Assembly (NCBI GenBank): GCA_965637545.1
Contig: OZ281500.1
Coordinates: 12,400,001 to 12,464,000, forward strand
From: Phallusia mammillata
Taxonomy: Eukaryota
Direction: 5' to 3'
Length of the DNA: 64,000 nt
A program made the position numbers and the translations under genes. Shown piece by piece: positions 51,501-63,710 of this stretch; the stretch's first letter is position 1; each line of letters opens with the position of its first letter. The notes below the pieces were generated by a model. That model worked only from the letters and a program-made list of their open reading frames with translations, had not been told where the DNA came from and ran no database searches.

Positions 51501-54500
51501 GAGCAAACAAATTAGGACCAATTTGGGGTAAAAAAAAAACGCGATGCAATGTGGTCAATTATTATACGTTTACGCTAGCTTACTTGGTAGAACTAGAAAT
51601 AACTGAATAATTGGCTCCTTAAAGTGGCCACAAAATACTAAAAAACGTGACAAAAAGATGAGGTTATGAAGTAAAATCTTAACCCAAAGTTTATTCTAAA
51701 ATAAGAACTCACTGGTAATCCAGCAGGTCCCGGCTGACCACAAAGTCCTTGTCGTCCCTTGTCACCCTGAAACGAAATTATTAGTATAGAATGGTGATGT
51801 TAGTGTGTACATGTGAACAAGCCATGTGTATTTAAACCGGTTTGGTAAGCCAGTGGTGTTAGCTAGGCTATATCCGCGCCAAGAGCTGTTCCATCTTTGC
51901 GGTCGCAGCTGTCTTTAAACACATCGTGTCATGGGGAATTAAATTCGTGGTAGGCTTGGTTCGAATACATGTCTTATTGAAACCTTAACTATAACTGACA
52001 ATGTTGAATGTATGAACAGACTAACCTCTGGTCCTAGATCTCCTTTTATGCCTTTTGGTCCAACTGGGCCTTCATTGCCATCATCACCTTCATCGCCCTG
52101 GTAAATAAAAAAAGATAACGTAAAATCATTGCATACCTTCTAACAAAATATCCAGCATACCTTGACGCTTTCTCCTTTCTGTCCTTTGACACCCTGGGGA
52201 CCCTCAATACCCTGAAAATCAACATTTTTATTATGACATTGACGTTTCCATAAGACACCGACAAAGGGAACTTGTACACACCTGTTCACCAACATCACCT
52301 TCGTCTCCCTTGTCGCCCTAAAAATGAATTTGAAGCAATAAGTTGTTACCTGTTTCAATTCGGAAATAAAATGTCAAAATTACCTTGAGACCTTGTATTC
52401 CTTTTTCGCCCACTTCTCCCTTTTGTCCTGTTTCGCCCTGTAATTATAGTTTGTTTTATTTTTTGCATTACAAAGAAGGGCTTTTAAATAAATCTAATAA
52501 TGTTTACCCGATCACCGTCCTCTCCGTGATTTCCATCAACTCCAGATTCACCCTTTTGCCCCTGTACACCCTTTTCTCCTTCATCACCCTGCAAGTAATA
52601 AAAAAATCGAGAATGTTTGATATCCTAAAATAAAACACGCAATCATCGCATACCTTTTCACCCTCAATTCCTGCAATCCCATCAATACCCTAAAAGAAAA
52701 AAATGTTACTGTTTGCCAAAACTAAACAAAGATTTCGTGTCTACTGGTTAAGCAACTTGGTTATTACAATAAGTGTCGGGTAAAATACGACATACATTGC
52801 TATGTTTAGAGGAGATTACATAAGTAACAATAAGGGGGTTTATTCGCACCGTGAAACCGTGGTGTCTAGAGATTGTACATTGTCAATGTTCCCATCTTTA
52901 AGCTGGTTTTTACACCCGCGAATTTAAAGCTGTGTCAACTTACCGGTGGTCCAATGTCTCCCTGTTCTCCTTGATCTCCCTAAAAGAAATCTTTGTTTAG
53001 GATATATCGACCAATAACACTCGACAAAGAGCAGTTGTTATTTAGCTTGGTCCACAGACAAAGTCGTATTAATCATCTACTGTTTCTAATTTACGGACAT
53101 CGATTCAACGATTTGGTTACATTTTCTACTTACTTTATCTCCCTTTTCTCCCTGTAAATAACAAAAACATTTTTAAAGTCTTAAAAACAGCTTTAAAATT
53201 TCTACTTGAACAGATAAACGCATAGCAATATATTATGATTAAATGTTACTTAGATGCGAGGATCAAACTGTCACAATTTAACTTTGATAACTGCGGTAAA
53301 CAACTGAAAGTTCTTGAAAGTCTACTATTAATTGAAGTGTTTATACGATAAATCTTCAAAGGTAAATTAATATATTGTATATGTAGTGATACCTCTTCTC
53401 CTTTTAGACCTCGTGGTCCATCAGGGCCAACTTCGCCTTTCTTTCCTGGTTCTCCCTTTAAATACACATGGTTGGCTTAATGTGGTAAAACGTTGCAACA
53501 TCGTGAAATTCATGTTTAAGACACGCCTGGGCGAAATTGGAAAGCGAACGAACTTTTGCAGCAAGCCTCGTGTGTGGCGACAAAAGCGCCATCAATCAAC
53601 GCGGCTCAGAAACTCGTGAACGATGACACTCAAATACAAGGCGTATTGTATGAAATATCTGCGTGGGCGGTGTTAAAATATTCCAAAAAACTTGCTAAAG
53701 CCCATCTACCAGAAACGCTTGCAAATTACCAATGTATCGCAAAAAGAAGCTAATCATTGTTTTCACAGGTAAAGTGTGTTTGCAGTGTGGTAAAAATCAG
53801 CGGAACTTTGAGGTTCCACTCATGGTTGCACCAATCTTTTTTAAAAGATAACAGTTCGAGAGGTGCCCACGCCACTAATGTGTGTTAAAGTACTTTACTT
53901 GCGGTATTGTGCAAAACGAAACGCTGAGTGGCAAGGTTACCGCAGAGAAACCTCGCATGACAAATATTGGCCTAATTCAGTAAGCTTTTATCGCCTTTTC
54001 AAAAATTTCGCTTGATAAAATTTGTGCTTTTCCTAAGCACATAAACACTTTGATGTCGGTCTAATAATTTAAAAACATCCAATACTAAAGGTTACCTTTA
54101 CAGAAGGTCCTGGTTCTCCTGTTTTGCCGATGGGCCCGGGGGGTCCAATTGGGAGCTGCAATAAAAGTCAGAGTTCTTTTACAACTGTCATTTACATTTG
54201 CCTACAGGGTGTAACACAGTACCAGCATTCACGACAGATGTAATTAACATTTCGAAAAAATCATTAAAATCTTACTTCGCATTCACAAGTGCAGTTGTTG
54301 CAAGACGGTCCAACTTTTCGATCATTGCGTGAGTCTGGGCACTAAACGTTAATAAATTTGTTAAGTCAGTTAAGTTAGTCAGTAAGATACAAAAACTTAA
54401 GTAGATCATAAAAGGAAACCAAGCACGGGTTCTCAAACCATGATCCAGTCCCGAGGGCACAACTCACCTTCTGCAAAGCAAGAACAGGACGGGTTAGAAA

Positions 54501-56102
54501 ATTACTCTTCTCTCTGGTATTTATGATTGTGCAATTTAATATACCTGCAGTGCGTTGATGAGTTCCGTCGTGGTTTCGTGTGAAGTCATTTCCAAGAAAG
54601 ACGACCCTTCTTCTCTTCCCACTTTGGCCAAGCTGTTAAGTATACCAGTAGCCGGGCAGAGGCCTTCGTTCCACGCAACGGTTTGAACGCCGCTGCAATA
54701 AAGCAAAAGTTGACTTTAATAATAAAAAAATAAAAATACCCACATATTGACAAATTTCCAATTTATAAAAAATATTGGGTGCGAGTTATCAAAAGTTTCG
54801 ACTAACCGCAGAAACTATTTGATGCAATCCTCAAACGGAAAGTCGGTAATTTGTTCGAAATTAATTCTGACAAGTAACAACAAACAAACACAGGTGGTCA
54901 AAACCGTTACCACCCTAAGTTGGCTGTGTGTGGCCTGCGATAACTTAAAACGGAGAAAGTAGTTTGGCTTGTGAAGAATGCATAAAAACCAAATCACTTA
55001 CTGGCATTCTCTTGTTACAGATATCGGATAGACAACTACCCCAGCCTCGGCAAGACCAGCAATCGATGCATCAATATCTTCCATTGTCACATCCGGATGA
55101 CTTTTGCCGTTTGTCATTAAAATCAGTACCTACAACATTGTAGATGATAATTTGTTATTGCAGCAAATTTTGGTAATTAAACAAGTTGTAACCTTGCGTG
55201 GTGTGGTTGGTGCAATATCATCCAGGATCGGGTCAGGTCGTGGTTGATTACGGAAATTATCCACCGTTGTGTTTAGTGCTAAAAAATGACATAGAACTTT
55301 TTGTTTCAGAGCAAATATTAACTTCAACACCCAGACTTCAACACCCAGACAGTCATAAGTATACCTTTGTTAAGAAAGGAACCTTCGCCGAGAAAACGCA
55401 AGCCGTTTACCCTTTCCAGGATTTCAGCTTGCAAATTCTTTGCACTGGCCGGGTTTGTGTAATCTTCAAATGAGCGAAGTTCAATGGGATTTTCAATATC
55501 GCTGCTAAACTGCAAATACGAGTGGGTTAGGTTAAAACATTCTTTTCACAAAAAGTATATACTTGTGTTTCGCACCTGCATTAGGCCAAGGCGTGTTTTG
55601 CTTGCGCCGTATTCAATGTCGTCGACTCGGCCAATTTTCCGCACAAGTTTCTTCAGAAATCGCATCATCCTGCCATGATGGTCACGGAAGCACGCGCTGC
55701 TATCCACAGCGACCATGACGTCATTCACACATAGAGGTGGTGGTTCTATCAAATCTGAAACATGACGGTATCAAATTTTCTTCATGTTACATGAAGCTCA
55801 ATTTAGTTTCTTATAATCTATTGCGTTTTGCGACTGGTAACCGCCACTTTTTGCTTTACCAAACGCACATGACATTTCATTGATATCAATCGATCATTAC
55901 CTGCGGGTGCATTTTCGCAGCATTTGCATGAACATTCTCCAATCATCGTATCGGGTGGAATTGGTTCAACCTCCAAAAGAGGATCGTCGGCAAGAAACAT
56001 GTTGGTTTTGCCGAGCATGCGGGTTTTCATTTTATGCTTCCGACCGGTCGCATTGCTTCCGATAAGGAGCAAAACTGCAAATGCCCCCAACAAGGTTTTC
56101 AT
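42542..56102 (-). CDS. Collagen VI/XXVIII-like protein: signal peptide - vWA - ~100 Gly-X-Y triplets - vWA - Kunitz - vWA
   Basis: MKTLLGAFAVLLLIGS signal peptide. vWA1 at ~54545-55752. Cys-rich linker CNNCTCECE (54276-54341). About 17 small phase-0 Gly-X-Y exons at 50160-54157. vWA2 at 49062-49670 (DGSDS...TDG). Six-Cys Kunitz at 46515-46750. vWA3 at 44990-46135 (DGSSS...TDG). Two short final exons end GGSGEFEFTI* (TAA 42542-42544). Junction phases checked were compatible; single-gene status is inferred. Confidence 0.8.
44117..44460 (+). mobile_element. Helentron-associated (pearl/DINE-1-like) element: tandem core repeats, microsatellite and 3' hairpin
   Basis: Core repeat starts at 44117 and 44275 (158-bp period); (GAAAAAA)n at ~44360-44412; 3' end ACAAAAACAATATGTGTCCCCTTCAGGGAAGGGGACCCATAA. 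5' boundary not determined. Confidence 0.7.
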
Positions 56103-59100
56103 TTCAACAACACAGTTTGCCTACTGTAGACTAAGTAATTGTCCTGTGACCCTAACAAAACAATTACATAACATACTAAATTTTATCCTCTTTAATTTTG
56201 AGTCATTCATTCGCACTGTGTTAACATCATCCCAACCTCCAGTTCAATTTTAGCTCCGGTGTTTAACGTGAAAAGATCACAACAAAACCTCAAGTGTCTA
56301 ATTGTTCCGCTTTATGCTAAGTGGGTCAGTTGTTGGAAGAGATAAAGGATGCACTGTGAAAACGCAGACCTCACTATTTCTTACGCGTTTGTGTCTCGAT
56401 AATCGCTTGTGGGAGTAAACACCCATTCACAGTCGCGCAGTTGTTCCTGTTATTACTCAAACACGACTATGCATTGTCGCAGAGTTAGCCCACACTTGAG
56501 TTCTCACTTCAAGGGCAAGGAATCGCCGCGATTATGGCCTGATAAGCGTTGATTGACAATCTAGCGCCACTGCTTTAGACTACAGAAGGTACTTGCAACC
56601 ACAGCATCACCATTGCGAAGAAATCCAGACAAAAATAAAACTCCCAAGGTTTCCTAAACTCGTATTGCGCCGTGTGCCTCCCTCTGACGCAAGTAAAATC
56701 CTTTCATTTCAAGCATTAAACAAGTTTTTTTTTTTGATCTGATGGAAGGCAACAATCGTCAGGAGATTAGATTTCCCTCAAACGATAACCTCATGTCCCA
56801 CGACTGACCTGGACGTGCTATGTGACTTTTGTTTCCTCGGGGTATAAAGCTAAAGATTGCGGTAAATTGTCGTCCAATTCAAACAACACCAACCGCCTTC
56901 AAACGTGGAGATTCCGTCGATACAAAGCTTAAAAAGACCGTTCGTGTCACGGGAAAAAGTTTTTCTGTTGAACTTTGCTTCGTTTTGTGTGATTGAACAC
57001 AATGTTGATTCTATTTCGTCGATAAAACTACAGCACCAACTCACTGACTTTTATTAAACAAACATCATTGGGTGCTTTTTCTCTGTGGCCTGCTTGTCAT
57101 GGTTTCTGTATTCAGAGTGAAAACTCTGCAACATACAATCAAACACAGTCTGCTTGCGAGTTGCGACCATAAGCTGGTATGGTTTCGGAAAATTGCCATT
57201 TTTTTCCTTGCATATTTTTCCTGCTAACATAGTGAACTACGATGCTCAACCACTACCATTAAAACAACTTAACTTCAGCATACTTAAATATCTGCTTTAT
57301 ATTTAACTTCTACGAATTATGAAAGGCGGCGCATTTGATTGCAAGATAATTATCTCCGTTTGTTTCGCTGTCATCTTTAAATTTTGTTCCTCGATCGATT
57401 TGTTAACACTGCCATCGGTCACTCCAAAACGTTATCTGGGCTACCTCGTCCGTTTAACGGTCGGTTGTCCGTAACCACCAGGGTGGACACACGTTGCCCT
57501 GCTACGATAGCTAAACAAACTTTTTTCTAATTTGCCTGAACAGAGACTTCTTCTGATGGTATAAAAGTATTGAGCCAACTTAAGGAATTAACGTAATTTG
57601 ATGCGATGTCACCACAATCAATGCATAGTTAGACGCTATCACGAGCTAAGGTTGTACCTTAATGCCTAAAATGAAATTAGGATCGACCCTACTAAAAGCT
57701 TTTGCTGGATCAACTTCTTCAAGCTGACGCAAACGATATGGACATGGATAACACAGCACAAGGCAGCTGCCACAGTGAACGCATAGTTCCCTTGATACTT
57801 GAAAGACGAGTAGGCGATATATACCGATGTCTCTTTTATTACCACAACCTTTTTATTCGTATGAATATAACCGTAATGTATTTTCCCCGACTTGAATCGA
57901 ACATGAACTATGTTAAAAGTGCAATTTCATTCTAACGGCCTTTCATTTTCTCCTCCACTAGCGCAACAAGGCTAAATGTAGCCGGGCTCCCTTCCTTTGG
58001 AGCCATGTCTTCTGCGCACTATGTCAATAGTTGCTTGTAAATATCACCGCTGATTTGATATTTGCGAACTGTTTGTCGAAGGCAAACATGGCCGTATGTG
58101 CGCGCGAGCAAAAACCGCGCGTTTTTGCAACTCTTCTCAAACTACTGTAATTTTTATCTTATATTAGCGGCGGGCTAAGAAAATATTCGTTCTTTGAAAC
58201 AGCAATAATGCGGAATAAACGTTTCTTCGAAATTTTAACCATGTGGAAAATGTGTTTCCAACTCCATGGGTTGGTCTATCAGCACTTGAGGAGTTTGAAA
58301 AACCCGCGGCTTACCTACCCGCCTGAGTAGCGCAGCACACCCGTGGTGGTTGTCGCCTGGTATAGACACAACGCCACATGCAAAATGTCAGACAGTTTCT
58401 TCCGGAAACCAACATGTCCGCATCGGAATACCCTCTTATTGACGAAATTCGCTACATGGCAAGATTTGGATTATTCCAAAGGGCATCGTGTCTCAGGTGG
58501 TCACCTACTTTACACGGTCCACTGCTTCTAAGCAAAAAATGACGCTAAGTTTACGTCATCAAAATTCCCAGGGGGCACGGCACTGTAGGCGATTCCTAAA
58601 AATGATCTCAGCTTCACTTCATCGATTTTATCTTTACCTGCATTAAGTGTCAGGCCGGAAGAAGTTGCGCAAATAACATAACCCGATTATTGCCTGCAGC
58701 CAACACGAATCTTATGTCATTATTTATTCATGCATTGTTTTTTTGCTGCACGTTTTTTTTCAACTCGCAATTTCGAACTTGGGTTACATCGATTAGTGCT
58801 CGAACTAGTTTTTAATTCTTTATACCACAACCTACAACAAACGCATGCTACTTTTCATACACCCATTTTGCCGGTGAGTAACTCACTCAGACATGGGTTG
58901 TATTTCCTTGTTACATGGTAAAAAGTTAATTGTTTGTCTGTTGTCTCCCACGTGGAAAATTAATGACCAGAAGTGAGATTGGTGTCAGGAATCAGCAAAC
59001 AGTATGATAAATTTACGTCGTTAAAGTTTATGCGATGGAAACCGTGAATCTCGGAGCCAAGTAACCGCGCCTGCTTAACAAACACAAGACACGACCGTGG

Positions 59101-62100
59101 AACAAACTTCCCTGCGTGCTGCCGCGAGTTTGAGACAAGTGTATTATCAGCACGTGATGGGACATGTCGACAAACAGAAATTGATGTTTCCCATAGGACA
59201 GCTGTCTACGGCCACAGAGTATTCAACAAATGCCCGTACTGCGCTCACCTGGTTTACCGCCCATTGGCAAGCAATCTAAACCGCGGGTTTGAATTTTCTT
59301 TGACTAGGTCGGCAACAAATGTTCGTACTTATGTGGCACAAGTCGCTGACCTGTGGCGCAAACTGCTTCATGACTAAACTACAGGTTACGTCTAACTCTA
59401 GTGCCCCATAAGTCTTCAGCACATGTTTGATAAAGCATACACACGCCGGTAACCGCTAATTTACAACAACAAAATGTAAAAAAATCGAAATGTGATCGAG
59501 GTACATATGTGGTGTGCTTTATTTAAAGTCTCCATTTACATTTGCAACAACCTGCTTGACATCCAAAAAAAACTGTTTAGACTGAAGTATATGCTTCAAC
59601 ACGTTTCGTCGATTCGTGACGTTTATTTATTTCAGAGTTCGCAGTAACGGCTGAGTTTCATATCTTTAACGTATAATTTATATTTGCAGACATCACACTA
59701 ACGTTATGCACTATAAAGAATTGCTCACAAAAACACATTAAACATGCCGAGACCTGTTTGTTCTTCACAAATTTTACTGCTGTGCAGAAAATTCAGCGAC
59801 CGATTTGCCATTCATACAGTTGGTTGGCGCCACGCTGTGCACAAGCTGAGATTTTGCCACTTGCGGTTTTCGCGAAGCTAAAAGCGGATGAAGTGTTGGG
59901 ATATAGATTAAACTCTTTTTTCATTTATCGCCAAGGTGGTCTCGGCGCTCTCTTGTTAATTTTTATAATGTGTTGTAGTTGAGTGAGCAATGTAGTCTAA
60001 TATAGAAAATGCGAAATTGCCTTGCCACTGTGCTCCCTACACTTTTTATAGCTAATAATAAATTCGCATTCTTTTTGTGTATTTGACTCCCAATGAGCAA
60101 TATAAACGGTCTTGTCACGCTGTAACTATAAAACTGCGATAGAATTGCTCCCAAGTACATCCCTGTCACGTTGCAGTTCGCTGAATGGGATATGTTTAAA
60201 CGGCGCCAGGCCTTTGTCGACTGTCACTTCACAATACAATTCTGCAACTAAAGCTTTCAACCCTGTAGTAATACCATCATTGAAATACACACACCAGCCA
60301 GAGCAACCACACTTCGCGTCAACTAAAAGCATTTTTTGTACCTTCTGTGTGTTTAGCAAAGTAAAACTGTTCCTTGTGAATCCTTTGTTTGTTGCATAAA
60401 CACCTTTGCTTTGCAGGATTTTTGCGTACCCACCAACAAAAGTGAATTAACAAAAGTCGAACTTTGTTGTAAATTGCGTTACCTTTGTGCAAGTTTGCAT
60501 CTGGCATTGATACTGGTTTACCGATGCCTGACCATTTAGCCCTAGGCTCTTGCCGAATATACAACAAATAAGCAATCGTTTCCATTGAACGATCATGAAG
60601 TATTTGTATAAGACCCCGCTTCTCGTGCTCGGAATTGAAGTTTGTATGAAATCACTTGAATACACATGACTGTTTGCTGTCTGTTCGGTGGTCCGTTTCG
60701 ACACGTTCCACTGGAGACAATGATGTCTGGCCTATATTTACCGGCTTCGATGATTGATCTTGTCTTTTATCTCAACCTTAAATATTCGGGTCATAAAGAA
60801 AATGTTGTTCACACACGCTTTTTGCAAAATTAGCAAAATCAAAAAAGGATTTACAAAACGAAAAAAATCAAACGCCGTTTCTTCGCTTTTGAGTTGCCGA
60901 CGGTAACGACATCATAGCAGAGATGTCTGCACGACGATGTTTAACCCTTTCTGATACAATCTGAATTTATAAATAAATCTCATTTTTGTGGCATTTAAAA
61001 AAGCTGGGCGTTTCTTTGATCATTGTGGAAAGTAGTAATTTAAACTGTAAAAGTAATGGTGGAGCATTGGGGATTCGTAATGCATCGCAATCATAAACCA
61101 ATCATCAAAATTATTTCTTACGCGTTGCCTTGTACTCAACAGCGCCACATTGCGGATAACAGCTCATAAAATATCTGTGTTTGGTGTAATTTGACATTTA
61201 CAGTAAAATGCAGTAGATACAAAACAAAAATGTTAAACAAGAAAATGTTATGGACAGAAAGGCTTATAGGTCAAACAAACCAACTCATTTTTTGCAAATA
61301 ACAAAGAAAGAACATGTAGTGCTGTGTTCTTCATGCAAACACAAAAGGGGGTAAATCTAGGTAACAACGGCAGTAACTTACAAGTAGGTCTGATGTTTCT
61401 AATTTGATTAAGGTGTCAAATTCATTCGGTTCGAAAAGCCCTCGGCCCTTACTTTAGCAGCACTGTAGAAAGTGTATAAGACTAGAGAAGTACCACATCG
61501 TGTAAAGTGGTGCGCAAATAATCAAACGCGACACCAAGCTTTGTTGCGTCACAAACTAATTGATTCCGGGTTGTTGAATTGTCTTGAGTGTTCTTCACCG
61601 TCAGTGTTAAAACTAGTATAGTTTGGGTGTAGCTGACTTGCTGTTCAGTTTATACGTTAAATATGTTTTTATAACGTATTAATGTTGAATTTGGCCACTT
61701 ACTCCAGTTAATCACAGTATTTTGGAAAACAAAAGACTATTCTCTTGAAAAGATATTTTTTTGAAAATAAGCCAGTTGTCGTAAAAAAAGCTTGGTCGGC
61801 GAGGTGAAATTAGTTGGTTTTGTACAGATTATGATCTTTGATGTTATATTCGTATTGGACCATATTCTTATCGTTAAAGGCAAGAATTAATAATAAGCAT
61901 CATTTACAGTTTACACGCTTTTGTAGCAAACAAGGTAACCATGCTTGCACAATCGAAATTTAGGGTCCAAAATTTCGTTCAAAGGTGTATGTAAGCGATA
62001 CATATTTTATCACGTGATCCATATGTCAGGCATATTCCACAAGCTATTGAATTAAACGTCGATCAGTCCTACATGAATGCCTTCCAATGTTCGTGTTTTG

Positions 62101-63350
62101 TTATCAGTACATAGTTATAGAGATTGAAAATCACCGAAGAAACACCATAGTGATAACATAAGTCTGCGGTCAGCCAACATTGACACCCAACCACAGTTTT
62201 TCAATTCTAACGCATCGAGGCGATGAATGACGTAACAAAACCTTTGTCTCTTGTTCCAGGATCAACTGTAATAGCGTTAACTGCACCAAAGCATACAAGA
62301 CATTTCGATGTGCTGTTCTTAAACATGAGGATTTTAGCTGGTGGAGTATATTTGCTGGTTTCACACTTGGTTTTGTGTGAAGTGATTTCTTACGCGCTGA
62401 CAGCAGCAAACGGGAAGGAATCGTTAAAAATAAAGAAGAAACACAACTATGATCATAATTCTTCGGGATTAATGTGTGAGTTTATCTCAGTTGAAAGAGG
62501 CTGTGGGCGGTTAAGGAACAGGTAAAATGATTTGTAGCAAACTGTACTTAGCGATTTTGTCTAAGCAACATTGACCTTTTGTATTGGCTTTTTTGAATTA
62601 TTGCAATTGACATTTGATCAAAACTTAGTTGACGGAAAAACTTATTCACAAGAAAATGTTAAAAGTGTGTTTTTCAGCAAAAAAATGATTATTTTGAATG
62701 TTGTACAGATTGTTGACGACAAGTACAGGAAAAAAGTTTTGTGCGCGATATCGGAATAACCAAGATTTATTACGAGGCGAATACCTTTCATATTTGACGT
62801 CGGTGTTGCTAGAAATGCACAATGTTCCGACTATTATTCCAGTTCAGGTATCTGGCTGTTATGTGATTGTCAAACAAAACCAAACCACACCTGCAAAATT
62901 TCCACGAAAATGTTTTTCGTAGGTCACCATAAACTCAATCATGTGGTCAACCATCTGGTTTGAATTGAAAAGCGCTGGATGGGAAGCAAACGCCATCGTG
63001 ACGTTAACGGCATGGATGAATGATTTACGACCGGTGGTAGCGCCAAAGTGCATCCAGCTTCTGATTCCTTGTGACTTTGGACGTCAAAGCAACACAAAGG
63101 TCTAAAAACTTTCAATACAAATCTTTGCAAACATATAGTTTTTTAAATTGTGTCAATTTGTTTCCTCTGGATTTCTCTAAAAAATAATCGCAATTAAACT
63201 AAATAATCGAGGAAGTAGCTGCATATAGTTAATTGGATAATGTTGGTCTAAATAAAAACTGTTGGTCTAAAAAACAAATTGAAATTGAAACTCTTGAAAA
63301 AATGTTTATCGTAACGTATCTAAATTAAAAAAAAACATTTTATGCAACGT

Positions 63351-63710
63351 CACAGTACGCCAGGGCCATTGAAGGCGCTATACCGAATCAGCCGGTCACC
63401 TGACATGTGCAGCATACGAGGCAGGCAACGGTGCTTGTGATTCGACTTTCGGCGGATTCTCCACTGAGCCTGTGTAGCTCAGTTGGTAGAGCGCGAGTCC
63501 CGGAAAGACTCCTGTCGTGGGTTCGAATCCCACCGCAGGCTAGATTTTTCTAGCCTACGCCTTGCCATATGGTGGTGAATGCTTGGTGACCGGCTGATTC
63601 GGTATAGCGCCTTCAATGGCCCTGGCGTACTGTGATTTAATGAGTGTGCCGTGATCGCTGGTCTGCATAGACGCTTCAGGGCTGATCCCAGTTATGAATT
63701 TATGTTCTTC
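63351..63710. mobile_element. 360-bp composite insertion: inverted repeat - tRNA-like core - inverted repeat - 75-bp tail
   Basis: Perfect 51-bp inverted repeats at 63350-63400 and 63585-63635; exact 13-bp direct repeat TTTTATGCAACGT at 63338-63350 and 63711-63723. Confidence 0.75.
63468..63541 (+). ncRNA. tRNA-like Pol III unit (Lys-like scaffold, GGA in the anticodon position); more likely SINE-type or pseudo-tRNA than a canonical tRNA
   Basis: Acceptor stem GCCTGTG/CGCAGGC, D stem GCTC/GAGC, anticodon stem GAGTC/GACTC with loop CCGGAAA, T stem GTGGG/CCCAC with loop TTCGAAT. A-box TAGCTCAGTTGG, B-box GGTTCGAATCC and a downstream TTTTT terminator are present. Position 33 is C, there is one extra nucleotide after the D arm, and the variable loop is short. 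Confidence 0.8.

Noticed and set aside
54191-54210. Possible 6-nt microexon (TAG|GCAAAT|GTAAAT, minus strand) in the collagen linker
   Set aside because: It would leave a downstream intron of only ~39 nt, and its signals are weaker than those of the 3-nt candidate.
63351-63360. CACAGTA terminus as a RAG/Transib RSS heptamer-like end
   Set aside because: No 5-bp TSD at the inverted-repeat ends and no nonamer at 12/23 spacing.
63468-63541. Calling the cloverleaf a canonical tRNA-Ser(GGA)
   Set aside because: It lacks U33 and the long variable arm, has an extra base after the D arm, and sits in a repeat-like cassette.
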